A stretch of 64,000 nt of DNA. It comes from Bryobacteraceae bacterium. Its GTDB lineage: Bacteria > Acidobacteriota > Terriglobia > Bryobacterales > Bryobacteraceae. Shown here piece after piece: positions 50,237-59,244 of this stretch (within the stretch, counting starts at the first letter, position 1; each line of letters begins with the position of its first letter). The stretch spans positions 112,891-176,890 of the forward strand of contig JBMFOK010000002.1 in assembly GCA_049969655.1 (NCBI GenBank), in the 5' to 3' direction. A model generated the notes under the pieces. That model saw only the letters and a program-made list of their open reading frames with translations. It was not told where the DNA came from and searched no databases. Position numbers and translations under genes: made by a program.

Positions 50237-50310
50237 TGGCTGGGAGGCAGGGACTCGAACCCCGATAAGCAGATCCAGAGTCTGCCGTCTTACCATTAGA
50301 CGACCTCCCA
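50237..50310 (-). tRNA. tRNA-Gln (anticodon CTG), CCA encoded
   Basis: Minus strand: TGGGAGG TC GTCT AATGGTA AGAC G GCAGA CTCTGGA TCTGC TTAT CGGGG TTCGAGT CCCTG CCTCCCA G CCA. U1-A72 is typical of bacterial tRNA-Gln. Confidence 0.9.
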
Positions 50311-50324
50311 GCGAGGCCATTGCC

Positions 50325-50330
50325 ATTATA
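50325..50330 (-). promoter_or_regulatory. Candidate extended -10 promoter (TGgTATAAT) for tRNA-Gln
   Basis: Minus strand: cgtTTGGTATAATggcaatggcctcgc, followed by the tRNA 5' end. Consensus TATAAT lies 14 nt upstream of the mature 5' end. Confidence 0.5.
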
Positions 50331-50400
50331 CCAAACGGCCACGCTGAAGAGACGCGCGGGCATGGGGTTGCGTTAGAGTAAACGTGAAAGGAACCGAGCC

Positions 50401-51573
50401 ATGCAAACCAACCGCCGCCGCTTCCTGTCGATGGCCGCCGCTCCGGCCATCCTTCAGGGTTCGCCCTCCTCCACCGCCGCCAATGACCGGCCCGTCTTCG
50501 GGGTCATCGGCGCCGGAGGCCGGGGCCGCTATCTGGCCAGATACTTTGCCAAGCTGGGCGCCGAGTGCGCCGCCGTCTGCGATGTTCGGCAGGATTGCCT
50601 CGAGGAGGCGCTGAAGGACTTCCCCAACGCGAAGACGTACTACCACCACGAGGAGCTGCTGGCACAGAAGGGAATCGATTTCACCATCTCCTCCGGCCCG
50701 GACCACTGGCATTGCGGTCATCTGATCGACTCGCTCAACGCGGGCAAGGACGTCTATGCGGAAAAGCCGCTGTCGAAGACCCTTCAGGAGAGCGCCGTCA
50801 TGGTGGAGGCCGTGCGGCGCAGCGGCCGGGTTGTGCAGGTGGGCATGCAGCGGCGCAGCGCCCCGGGCCTGATCAAGGCCAAGGAGATGGTCGACGGCGG
50901 CATCCTCGGCCGGATCACGATGGTGAAAGCCAAGTGGCACTGGAATACGGCCCGGCCGCTGAACAACGCCCCCTTCCCCGGCAAAGTGGACTGGGAACGC
51001 TTCCTCGGCCCGGCGCCGAAACGGCCGATGGAGCCGCGCCGTCTGCGTTACTGGCGCTGGTTCCGCGACTACGCCGGCGGCAACATGACCGACCAGGGCA
51101 CTCATCTGATGGACGTCGTGCAGTGGTTCACCAACAGCCCGCCGCCGCGTTCGGCGGTGGCCATGGGCTTCGTGGCCAAGAATGAGGGCGCCGAGCATCC
51201 CGAGGTCTTCAGCGCCACCTTCGACTACGGCCGCTTCCTCGCCTGCTGGGAACTGAACTACTGCAACGATTACGACGACAGCTGGTCCATCCTCTTCATG
51301 GGAGACGAGGGCACGATGCTGTTGAACGACGCGGGCGTCACCGTGTGGAAGGAGCCCTGGAAGAACAACCGGACGCCGGTCTACGAAGACAAGTCGCCGA
51401 TCCCCATCGAGGCCCACATCCAGAACTTCCTGGACTGCATCCGCACCCGGAAGCAGCCGAACTGCACCGTGGAAATCGGCCAGCGGGCGGTCGCCGGCCC
51501 GCATCTGGCCAACATCGCGATGGATCTGGGGCGTGCCGTGCGCCTGGCCGACGACCTGGTCACCGTATCCTGA
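50401..51573 (+). CDS. Tat-signal Gfo/Idh/MocA-family oxidoreductase (architecture as in NAD-dependent GH109-type enzymes)
   Basis: Twin-arginine leader MQTNRRRFLSMAAAPAIL. Rossmann FGVIGAGGRGRY and the DVYAEKPL motif. Confidence 0.8.
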   Translation: MQTNRRRFLSMAAAPAILQGSPSSTAANDRPVFGVIGAGGRGRYLARYFAKLGAECAAVCDVRQDCLEEALKDFPNAKTYYHHEELLAQKGIDFTISSGPDHWHCGHLIDSLNAGKDVYAEKPLSKTLQESAVMVEAVRRSGRVVQVGMQRRSAPGLIKAKEMVDGGILGRITMVKAKWHWNTARPLNNAPFPGKVDWERFLGPAPKRPMEPRRLRYWRWFRDYAGGNMTDQGTHLMDVVQWFTNSPPPRSAVAMGFVAKNEGAEHPEVFSATFDYGRFLACWELNYCNDYDDSWSILFMGDEGTMLLNDAGVTVWKEPWKNNRTPVYEDKSPIPIEAHIQNFLDCIRTRKQPNCTVEIGQRAVAGPHLANIAMDLGRAVRLADDLVTVS

Positions 51574-51577
51574 AAGC

Positions 51578-52135
51578 ATGAAAAAACAATTTCTGGCGAT
51601 TCTGTTTGCGATGCCTTTCCTGCCGCCTTCCGCGGCCGCGCAGCCGCTCCATTTCGGGCTGCGGGGCGGCTTTGCCCTCCAGGACGTGATTGACTCCCGC
51701 GGCAACCTGCGCGCCGCCTCCCAACACTGGACGCTCGGGCCGACGGCGGAGCTGAGCCTGCCGTTCGGGTTCGCCGCCGGAATGGACATCCTCTACCGGC
51801 GGCTCGCCTACGAGGACCCGCGCGAGTCGACGGCGAACTCCTGGACCGTGCCGATCCTGCTCAAGTACTACCTGCCGGGCGAGGGGGCCCGGTACTATCT
51901 GGAGGCCGGGCCCACGTTCCGTACGCTCGGCAATCTGCCGCGGCTCGAGGGCAACGCCACGAAGGGGTTCGCGCTGGGCGGCGGCGTGCGCTTCGGCGCC
52001 GGGCCGGTGCGCTTCTCGATGGGACTTCGCTGGAGCCGCTACGGGGAGGGCCGGTCCGGGGATCCGAACCGTCCCGCCGGCTGGTTTGTGACGAAACAGA
52101 ATCAGGCGGATTTGTTGTTTGGCCTGACCTTCTGA
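51578..52135 (+). CDS. Small outer-membrane beta-barrel protein (OMP_b-brl/OmpW-like)
   Basis: Signal peptide MKKQFLAILFAMPFLPPSAAA, alternating beta-strand pattern and C-terminal ...DLLFGLTF ending in Phe. Confidence 0.65.
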   Translation: MKKQFLAILFAMPFLPPSAAAQPLHFGLRGGFALQDVIDSRGNLRAASQHWTLGPTAELSLPFGFAAGMDILYRRLAYEDPRESTANSWTVPILLKYYLPGEGARYYLEAGPTFRTLGNLPRLEGNATKGFALGGGVRFGAGPVRFSMGLRWSRYGEGRSGDPNRPAGWFVTKQNQADLLFGLTF

Positions 52136-52139
52136 CGCC

Positions 52140-52916
52140 TTAGCGGATCACGCCGGTGAGAGGCGAGCTCGCGCTCGCATAGAGGCGGCGCTCCATCCGT
52201 CCGGCCAGAAACGCGAGCCGGCCGGCCTCCACCGCGTGCTTCATCGCCGCCGCCATGGCGACGCTGTCGCGCGCGGCGGCGACGGCGGTGTTCAGCAGCA
52301 CGCCGTCAAAGCCCATCTCCATGGCGCTGCAGGCGTCGGAAGCCGTGCCCACGCCGGCGTCGACGATCAGCGGCACTTCGGTGATCTGCTCGCGCAGGAT
52401 GCGCAGCGTGGTGTAGTTCTGGATGCCCAGGCCGCTGCCGATCGGGGCGGCGAGCGGCATTACCGCGGCGGCGCCGGCATCAATGAGGCGGCGCGCGGTG
52501 ATCAGGTCGTCGTTGGTGTAGGGCAGCACGACGAACCCCTCTTTGACGAGGATCTTCGTCGCCTCCACCAGCCCGAAGACGTCCGGAAACAGGGTCTTTT
52601 CGTCGCCGATGACCTCAAGCTTGATCCAGTTTGACAGCCCCACCTCGCGCGCCAGCAGGGCGGTGCGCACGGCCTCGTCGACTGTGTAACAGCCGGCCGT
52701 GTTCGGCAGGATGAAGTACTTCGAGCGGTCGATGTAGTCGAGCATCGACTCCTTCGACCGGTCGGTGAGGTTCACCCGCCGCACGGCCACGGTGACCACC
52801 TCGGCCCCGCTGGCTTCGTGGCAGCGGACCATCTCGTCGAAGCTGCGGTACTTGCCCGTCCCGATCATCAGGCGGGAACGGAAGGTGCGGCCGGCGACGG
52901 TGAATGGGGTGTCCAT
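52140..52916 (-). CDS. thiG: Thiazole synthase
   Basis: [23 protein letters not shown]..., ILPNTAGC, the [13 protein letters not shown] motif and [10 protein letters not shown]. Confidence 0.9.
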   Translation of the reverse strand: MDTPFTVAGRTFRSRLMIGTGKYRSFDEMVRCHEASGAEVVTVAVRRVNLTDRSKESMLDYIDRSKYFILPNTAGCYTVDEAVRTALLAREVGLSNWIKLEVIGDEKTLFPDVFGLVEATKILVKEGFVVLPYTNDDLITARRLIDAGAAAVMPLAAPIGSGLGIQNYTTLRILREQITEVPLIVDAGVGTASDACSAMEMGFDGVLLNTAVAAARDSVAMAAAMKHAVEAGRLAFLAGRMERRLYASASSPLTGVIR

Positions 52917-52993
52917 ACTCTCATTGTAAGCCGCGCCGGCGACGTTCCTGGGGCGGTATAGTAACGAATGGAGCGGCATGCAGCCGCCAGTCG

Positions 52994-53069
52994 GGGCCCT
53001 TAGCACAATGGTTAGTGCAGCGGACTCATAATCCGTTGGTTGCAGGTTCGAATCCTGCAGGGCCCACCA
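52994..53069 (+). tRNA. tRNA-Met (anticodon CAT; elongator-like, lysidine-modified tRNA-Ile2 cannot be excluded), CCA encoded
   Basis: GGGCCCT TA GCAC AATGGTTA GTGC A GCGGA CTCATAA TCCGT TGGTT GCAGG TTCGAAT CCTGC AGGGCCC A CCA. G1-C72 and no GGG/CCC anticodon stem argue against an initiator. Confidence 0.85.
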
Positions 53070-53238
53070 CCAGCCTGCGCCGGGCGCGCAGTGCGAACCC
53101 TCCCGATGCACATCACTCGCGTGGGCGCCGTGCGGGGGGGAATCACGAGTCAGATCCCTGGTGGGGGCGGAGGGGGGAGACTCGCCTGGGGGCAGGCGTG
53201 CGTTGCGCGGGGCACACGAAGAGCGAAAGGCGTGCGTA

Positions 53239-53263
53239 GCGGAGCCGCCCACGGCGGCTCCGC
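53239..53263 (-). terminator. Hairpin downstream of the RRM protein gene
   Basis: GCGGAGCCGCC-cac-GGCGGCTCCGC (11-bp stem), 23 nt after the stop. There is no clean T-run. Confidence 0.4.
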
Positions 53264-53285
53264 TCCTGCGATTCCGAGGATGGGC

Positions 53286-53621
53286 CTACCAGCGCGGCTC
53301 GCGCCGGCGTCCGCCGCCACCGCCGTAGCCGCCGCGGTCGCCGCGCCCGCCGCCGAAACCGCGCTCTTCGCGCGGCCGGGCCTCGTTCACGTTGAGCTTG
53401 CGGCCGCCGAAGTCGGTGCCGTTCAACGCGTTGATGGCGCGCTCGGCCTCGTCGTCATTGGCCATTTCGACAAAGGCGAACCCGCGGCTGCGGCCCGTGT
53501 CGCGGTCGGTGATGATGCTCACCCGGTCCACGGTTCCGTAATTCTCAAACAACCCCCGAACGGCTTCCTCGCTCGAGTTGAAACTCAGGTTTCCAACGAA
53601 AATGTTCTTCACTTGTGACAC
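53286..53621 (-). CDS. RRM-type RNA-binding protein with Gly/Arg-rich tail
   Basis: NIFVGNL (RNP-2) and RGFAFVEM (RNP-1), with C-terminal [17 protein letters not shown]. Confidence 0.9.
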   Translation of the reverse strand: MSQVKNIFVGNLSFNSSEEAVRGLFENYGTVDRVSIITDRDTGRSRGFAFVEMANDDEAERAINALNGTDFGGRKLNVNEARPREERGFGGGRGDRGGYGGGGGRRREPRW

Positions 53622-53872
53622 TCCTTGTATTTCGACACCGGGCGCTAGCTAAGGGGAGTTCGGACAGGGGAGGAAACCACGGAGGCCAGACTCGATCCTA
53701 ACTGACGCGGGCGGTCAAAATACGCTTTCAGCATAGCAGAAGTGAGGCTCGATGCAAAGCAAAATCGCACAAGACCGTGAAAAATCACCCCCTCACTGCT
53801 GTAAGGCCGCCCGGGGCGGCCCGGCCGCAGCCCCGGCGCGAATCTCGGGCGGCGAGACGGATCGGCGATAGA

Positions 53873-54895
53873 ATGGACGACGCCATGAAACGGATCGCTG
53901 TGCTTGCAACTTGTCTGGCCGGGATGGCGCTGGCGGCGCTCGCCCAGCCGCCCCGCTCCTATCCCGTGCTCGGGAAAATCGTCCGGGAGGACCCGCGTCT
54001 GGATGAACTGCTCGCACCGGACGCAAGGATCGAAGTGCTCGCGACGGGCTTTGACTGGGCCGAAGGGCCGGTCTGGGACCGCAAGGCTGGCCAACTGCTG
54101 TTTTCCGACATTCCGAAGAATTCCATCTACCGCTGGACCCGGGAGCGGGGCATCGAGCTTTTCCTGCGGCCCTCGGGCTACACCGGCGCTGCCGAATACG
54201 GCCGCGAGCCAGGCAGCAACGGTCTGCTGATCGATCCGCAGGGACGCCTGATCCTGATGGAGCATGGCGACCGGCGCGTCGCCCGCATGGATCCTGACGG
54301 AGGCAAGGTCACACTCGCCGACCGCTATGAGGGCAAGCGGTTGAACAGCCCGAACGACGGGGCGCTGAAATCCAATGGCGACATTTACTTCACCGACCCG
54401 CCCTACGGGCTGCCCAAAGGCTGGGACGACCCGCGCCGGGAGCTCGACTTCTGCGGCGTTTACCGGTGGTCGAACGGGAAACTCACGCTGCTCACGGCCG
54501 AGCTCAGCCGGCCCAACGGCATCGGATTCTCACCCGATGAGAAGACCCTGTATGTGGCAAACAGCGACCCCAAACGCGCCATCTGGATGGCGTACCCGGT
54601 GAGGGAGGACGGCACCCTCGGCCCCGGGCGTGTCTTCGCCGACGTCACCGCGATGGTCAGCCCTGACCTGCCCGGCCTGCCCGACGGGCTGAAGGTCGAC
54701 GCCCGCGGCAACCTCTGGGCCACTGGGCCGGGCGGCGTCCACATCTACGCTCCGGACGGCAGGCGGCTGGGCCGCATCGACACGGGCGAAGCCACGGCCA
54801 ATGTCGCCTGGGGGGACGATGGGGCAACGCTCTACATCACTGCCGACATGTATTTGTGCCGCGTGAAGACCAGGACCCGCGGCGCCGGATGGTGA
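53873..54895 (+). CDS. Secreted SMP-30/gluconolactonase/LRE-family protein
   Basis: Signal peptide (MKRIAVLATCLAGMALAALA). AEGPVWD, LLFSDIP, NSPNDGALKSNGDIYFTDP, PNGIGFSPDEKTLYV and PDGLKVD blocks. Confidence 0.85.
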   Translation: MDDAMKRIAVLATCLAGMALAALAQPPRSYPVLGKIVREDPRLDELLAPDARIEVLATGFDWAEGPVWDRKAGQLLFSDIPKNSIYRWTRERGIELFLRPSGYTGAAEYGREPGSNGLLIDPQGRLILMEHGDRRVARMDPDGGKVTLADRYEGKRLNSPNDGALKSNGDIYFTDPPYGLPKGWDDPRRELDFCGVYRWSNGKLTLLTAELSRPNGIGFSPDEKTLYVANSDPKRAIWMAYPVREDGTLGPGRVFADVTAMVSPDLPGLPDGLKVDARGNLWATGPGGVHIYAPDGRRLGRIDTGEATANVAWGDDGATLYITADMYLCRVKTRTRGAGW

Positions 54896-55127
54896 ACGCG
54901 ACGCAGGCGAGTGTCTGATCTGGCATTTTCGGGACTGTCCGCTCCAGACGACGGGCGCCGTGACCGCGGACGTTCGCGGCCTCGAAGCGCTGTCGGGACG
55001 CCACGCGTGGAGGCATAGCTTTCAAAAAGAAGGGCCTTTGGCGTTTCCGCCATCGGCCCGAATCCTATGGGGATAGGGTCTGCTCAGGATGAATTCCCGG
55101 AGATGAACGGAAGGTGCCGAAAATCGC

Positions 55128-56099
55128 TCAGGCCAGCAAGCCGCCGTGGCCGAGGGCGGCGATTTCCCACCCGGACACGCGGTAGCGCGCCAGCAGTGGC
55201 GGCAGCACCAGATCGACCACGTTCGGCCTGACGGAGCGGTAGCAGCCTGGAGCGGAGACGATGGGAATGGAGTCCCTGTAACCCAGCAGCAGCAGGTTGC
55301 CGGGTTCGACGGGCGCGAGGAAACGCTCGAGTTGGGCTCCGAGGCGGGTCATCGCGCGCCCGACGGTGTCCTCCGGACCCGCCGGCGCGGTTGTCGAAGC
55401 GACAAGTACCACGTGCGGTTCCATGCGTAGCAGGTGGCCCAGCGCCTTGACCACCTCCGCTTCCGTTTCCGTGCAGGCGAGCGTGTAACGGGGGGCGGTC
55501 TGGAAGCGGGCCAGACGCTGGCGGACAACAGATTCGAACAGCACCCGGGCGCGCTCGCCATCATAGTGGTCGGTGTAAAGCACCGCCACCACCGGGTTGC
55601 GCACCGGGCGCGCCTGAAGGAGGGGGCCGCGCCCGCCCAGGATCCCCAGGGTCACCTCCAGCTCCTGCTGCGCCACAGCAAAGGGAGCGCTCTTCACCGT
55701 GGCGACCCGGTCGCCGGCGCGCGCGTAACTGAAGTTCGGCGCGGTGGCGATCACGACCGATGAGGTGCAATTGATCTGGCGAAGCAGGTCGTCGTCTACG
55801 AGGACGCAGACGTCCTCGGTGGCGACGAGGTTCGCCCTGCCCCCGGCTGCCAGGCGCACCTCGAGCGATCCGCAGCCCATGGCCGCGCCCACCTGAAGAA
55901 CGGCCTGATCCTCGGGAACCTCGCCCTCTTCGAGCTCAGTCACCCAGACCGTTCGAAGCCCCTCCATTTCCAGGAGCTGGACATCCTCTTCGCTCAGCAC
56001 ATGGCCCTTTGAGAGCAGCTTCTTGCCGCCGGGGCGGAAGATGGTCGAGCAGAGAATCCTGCCGTGGGCCTGACGTACATCGAGCGTCTGGGCGCGCAT
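55128..56099 (-). CDS. Molybdopterin-binding (MoeA/MoCF-biosynthesis-like) domain protein
   Basis: Start MRAQTLDVRQAHGRILCSTIFRPGGKKLLSKGHVLSEEDVQLLEMEG resembles MoeA-N-like proteins. Assignment by eye only. Confidence 0.45.
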   Translation of the reverse strand: MRAQTLDVRQAHGRILCSTIFRPGGKKLLSKGHVLSEEDVQLLEMEGLRTVWVTELEEGEVPEDQAVLQVGAAMGCGSLEVRLAAGGRANLVATEDVCVLVDDDLLRQINCTSSVVIATAPNFSYARAGDRVATVKSAPFAVAQQELEVTLGILGGRGPLLQARPVRNPVVAVLYTDHYDGERARVLFESVVRQRLARFQTAPRYTLACTETEAEVVKALGHLLRMEPHVVLVASTTAPAGPEDTVGRAMTRLGAQLERFLAPVEPGNLLLLGYRDSIPIVSAPGCYRSVRPNVVDLVLPPLLARYRVSGWEIAALGHGGLLA

Positions 56100-56240
56100 G
56101 TATCCTCCAGTGAGGTGCGACTCGTGGCTGCCGCCGCCGGCGCCGACGGGCGCTGCCAGCGGCCTACGCAATGAAGTGGCCGGCGGGAAGGAAAATTCTC
56201 AGGCGAGATTGGTACTCCTGGTACCCTGAACCACCGATTG

Positions 56241-56774
56241 TCAGTTGCCGCGAATGACCGGCAGGGGAATCAGCGCGTCGGCCAGCGGATCGGAGGCGCG
56301 AAGAGTCCGTTCTGCCTCCGGTTTCAGCCACTTGAGCACCGCGATCTCATCGCAGGCCTGGAATTTGGGGCACCGCAGGCAGTCCTTCCAGGCCTTGAGC
56401 GGCAGCTCGCTGCGGTCGACCTGGCGGTAGCCGAGCCGGGCGAAGAAATCAGGAACATAGGTGAAGGCAAAGAGCAGATCCAGCTCGAAGAGCCGGGCCT
56501 CTTCTTCCACGGCTTCCATCAGCATCCGGCCCAGCCCGGCCTTCTTCATCGCCGGATCCACCGCCAGCGAGCGGACCTCCGCCATCGCGGGGCCGTAAAA
56601 GTGCAGGGCGGCGCAACCGTGCACGGCGTCGGCGGCCGCCGCCACCGTAAAATCCCGGATGTTTTCGGCGAGCTCGAACCCGTTGCGCGGCAGCATGAGT
56701 CCCTGGGCGGCGTAGCCGTTGATCAGGCGGAGGATGCCCGGAATGTCGCTCATGCGCGCCTTGCGAAGGGTCAT
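56241..56774 (-). CDS. GNAT N-acetyltransferase, short single-domain N-acetylglutamate-synthase-like
   Basis: 177 aa. The acetyl-CoA motif RSLAVDPAMKKAGLGRMLM. Start overlaps the argB stop (ATGA) in an argC-argB-GNAT operon. Confidence 0.7.
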   Translation of the reverse strand: MTLRKARMSDIPGILRLINGYAAQGLMLPRNGFELAENIRDFTVAAAADAVHGCAALHFYGPAMAEVRSLAVDPAMKKAGLGRMLMEAVEEEARLFELDLLFAFTYVPDFFARLGYRQVDRSELPLKAWKDCLRCPKFQACDEIAVLKWLKPEAERTLRASDPLADALIPLPVIRGN

Positions 56775-57574
56775 TCTTCGTCCTCGGGCTCGTCCACGGG
56801 CTCCCAGTTCCAGCTCAGCAGCGTGCCGGCGGGCTCGCCCGCAGCCAGCCGGTCCAGCACGCCCGGGGCGGCGCCAGGGGCGATGACCACCTCGTGCACG
56901 CCGTGATCCACCGCCTCGCAGGCAGCCTCGAGTTTGGCCTGCATGCCGCCGGTGGCGATGCCCGTCTGGATCAGTTTCTTCGCATCGTCCGGCGTCAGGT
57001 GGGAAAGAATGGCGCCGCCGGCGCCGCGGACGCCTTCGACGTCGGTGAGAAACAGCAGGCGGTCGGCCTGAAAGGCCACCGCCAGCGCGGAGGCCATCTG
57101 GTCGGCGTTGACATTGAAGATCCGGCCTTCGCCATCGCCGGCCACGCAGGCCACTACCGGCAGGTACCCGGCATCGCAGAGCACGTCCAGCAGTTCGGCG
57201 TTCACGCGCGTGATGCGGCCTACCGCGCCCAGTTGCTCATTCATCTGCCGCGCCTCGGCCAGGCGCGCGTCGATTCCGCTGAGGCCCACGGCCGGGGCCC
57301 CCTCGGCCACCAGCGCCGACACAAGCAGTTTGTTGACGCTACCGGCGAAGACCTTCAAAACGGCGTCGAGCACTTCGGGTGTGGTCACCCGCAGCCCGCC
57401 CACGAAGCGGCTCTCCACGCCCCGCTCTCCCAGAAATTTCGTCATTTGCCGGCCGCCGCCATGCACTACCACTGGCACCGTGCCGGCTGGCAGGGCGGCA
57501 ATCTGCGAAGCGAGAGCCTTCAACGTCCTCGGCTGGTCGAGCAGTGTGCCACCCAGTTTAATCACAACTCGCAT
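56771..57574 (-). CDS. argB: Acetylglutamate kinase
   Basis: VVIKLGG..., the VVVHGGG motif, NVNAD and GGMQAKLEA motifs of the amino-acid kinase / ArgB family. Confidence 0.9.
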   Translation of the reverse strand: MRVVIKLGGTLLDQPRTLKALASQIAALPAGTVPVVVHGGGRQMTKFLGERGVESRFVGGLRVTTPEVLDAVLKVFAGSVNKLLVSALVAEGAPAVGLSGIDARLAEARQMNEQLGAVGRITRVNAELLDVLCDAGYLPVVACVAGDGEGRIFNVNADQMASALAVAFQADRLLFLTDVEGVRGAGGAILSHLTPDDAKKLIQTGIATGGMQAKLEAACEAVDHGVHEVVIAPGAAPGVLDRLAAGEPAGTLLSWNWEPVDEPEDEE

Positions 57575-58578
57575 GACAAACCCTCCGCCTCGGGGAGGCC
57601 CAGCATCAGGTTCATGTTCTGCACCGCCTGGCCGGCCGCTCCTTTGCCGAGGTTGTCAATGCAGACTACCACGACCGCCCGCCGCGTGGCAGCATCCACC
57701 CGCAACCCAAGCAGGCACAGGTTGGTATGCTGGACGGGACGCAGGTCCGGCATTGCGCCCGGCGGATAGAGCCGCACAAAGGGCTCGTTCGCGTAAGCAG
57801 CCTGCCAGGCGGCCAGCAGGGTCTCCTCGCCGGCGCCTTCCACGGCGCGGAAATAGATCGTCTCCAGGATGCCGCGGTGGATGGGAATCAGATGGGCGGT
57901 GAAGCTGAACTCGTGCTCCTCCAGGCCGCTGTTCATCAGCACCTCGGGCACATGGCGATGACCGAGCACGGAGTAGGCGCTGAAGTTCTCGGTCACTTCG
58001 CAGAAGTGCGTCCTGAGCGACGGCTTGCGGCCCGCGCCGCTCACGCCGCTCTTGGCGTCGCAGACGACGCCATGCGTGCGGTCAATGAGCCCTGCCTGGA
58101 CCAGCGGCCGCAGGGCGAGATTGGCGGCGGTCGGATAGCAGCCGGGGTTGGCCACCAGGCGCGCCGTGCGGACGCGCGCCCGGTAGAACTCCGGCAGTCC
58201 GTAAACAGCCTCCTCGAGCAGCGCGGGCTGGCTGTGCTGCTCCCGGTACCAGCGCTCGTAGCGCTCCACGGTCTTCAGCCGGAATGCGCCGCTCAGGTCC
58301 ACCACGCGGATGCCCGCCTCAAGAAATCCGGGCGCAAGTTCGATGCTGACGTCGGCGGGCGTCGCGAGAAAAACAACCTCAAGGCCCGCCTCCCGCGCCG
58401 CTTCCGGCGTGGCCGGGATCCGGGCCGGCCCCTGCCAGCCGAGCGGATGCACTTCGGCGGCCGCGTCCGAGCGATGCTCCAGCAGCACCGGCTCGGCGTG
58501 CGGATGGGCGCGCAGGATGCGCACCAGCTCCATGCCGCTGTAGCCGCGAAAGCCCACGATGCCGGCTCGGTGCTTCAT
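57562..58578 (-). CDS. argC: N-acetyl-gamma-glutamyl-phosphate reductase
   Basis: GIVGFRGYSGMELVRIL N-terminus, active-site ANPGCYPTA, SGVSGAG and DNLGKGAAGQAVQN. Confidence 0.9.
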   Translation of the reverse strand: MKHRAGIVGFRGYSGMELVRILRAHPHAEPVLLEHRSDAAAEVHPLGWQGPARIPATPEAAREAGLEVVFLATPADVSIELAPGFLEAGIRVVDLSGAFRLKTVERYERWYREQHSQPALLEEAVYGLPEFYRARVRTARLVANPGCYPTAANLALRPLVQAGLIDRTHGVVCDAKSGVSGAGRKPSLRTHFCEVTENFSAYSVLGHRHVPEVLMNSGLEEHEFSFTAHLIPIHRGILETIYFRAVEGAGEETLLAAWQAAYANEPFVRLYPPGAMPDLRPVQHTNLCLLGLRVDAATRRAVVVVCIDNLGKGAAGQAVQNMNLMLGLPEAEGLSCEL

Positions 58579-58582
58579 GGCG

Positions 58583-58618
58583 TGGTTATTTATTCACTCC
58601 TATGAATAAATATAACAT
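58583..58618 (-). promoter_or_regulatory. Tandem ARG-box-like operator (candidate ArgR site) just upstream of argC
   Basis: AT-rich island with a perfect 10-bp inverted repeat TATTTATTCA-N6-TGAATAAATA (58587..58612). ATTCA-N6-TGAAT is the spacing expected for the inner halves of two adjacent 18-bp ARG boxes (TNTGAATWWWWATTCANW). Ends 4 nt from the argC ATG. Confidence 0.5.
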
Positions 58619-58666
58619 CCAGTGGCTGAATTGGAAAGTCTCGCGGCGGGGTAGCGGGAACAAAAT

Positions 58667-59170
58667 TCACTTTTGCTCAGCGACGCTGCGCTCGGCAAGC
58701 TCGCCGATGACGGGCAGGTGGACGTCGTCGCCGGCGTTGACGCGAATCATCATGTAGACCCAGAGGCCGAGCACGGCGAGCTTCATCATGCCGCCGGCGA
58801 AGCGCAATGCGGGAGCGTAGCCGGTCATCGGGCCGAAGACCCAGTCGGCGAAGAGCCAGACGACGAACAGGTAGAGCCCCTGGAAGGCGTGGAAGCGCAC
58901 GGTGCGGTCGTTGCGGAAGCGTTCGGCGGCGAGCACGACGATGCTCATGATCCAGCCCACCAGCGGCACATAACATAGCAGCGCGGCGCGGCGGGCCGAC
59001 ATGCGGGCAAGAAAATCCTCGCTGCGGGAGGCGCCGGCGCGGGAGGAATGGCCGGCAAAGGCGGATGCCCCCGGCGGCGGAGGCGCGCCCTCGCGCTGCG
59101 GGGCGCCGCAGGCGGGGCAGAACAGGGCCGCCTCGTCCACCTGACAGCCGCACTTCGTGCAGAAGGGCAT
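58667..59170 (-). CDS. Zinc-ribbon plus DUF4870-like small membrane protein
   Basis: Start MPFCTKCGCQVDEAALFCPACGAP (CxxC...CxxC zinc ribbon), followed by three hydrophobic helices. Confidence 0.6.
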   Translation of the reverse strand: MPFCTKCGCQVDEAALFCPACGAPQREGAPPPPGASAFAGHSSRAGASRSEDFLARMSARRAALLCYVPLVGWIMSIVVLAAERFRNDRTVRFHAFQGLYLFVVWLFADWVFGPMTGYAPALRFAGGMMKLAVLGLWVYMMIRVNAGDDVHLPVIGELAERSVAEQK

Positions 59171-59244
59171 TTCCGTTTCCCGTAGTGTACTACGGGCTTT
59201 TTGTAACGAAAGTTCCGCCGGCGCGGGGGTGATAGGATGCAGGC

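Noticed and set aside
52917-52993. TPP riboswitch upstream of thiG
   Set aside because: Only 77 bp lie before the divergent tRNA-Met, and I found no CTGAGA or ACCTGATCTGGATAATGCCAGCG-like core.
53134-53192. Four G-runs (G7, G5, G6, G5) downstream of tRNA-Met as a potential G-quadruplex
   Set aside because: The first loop would be about 22 nt. G-runs are common by chance in this G+C-rich DNA, and I have no supporting context.
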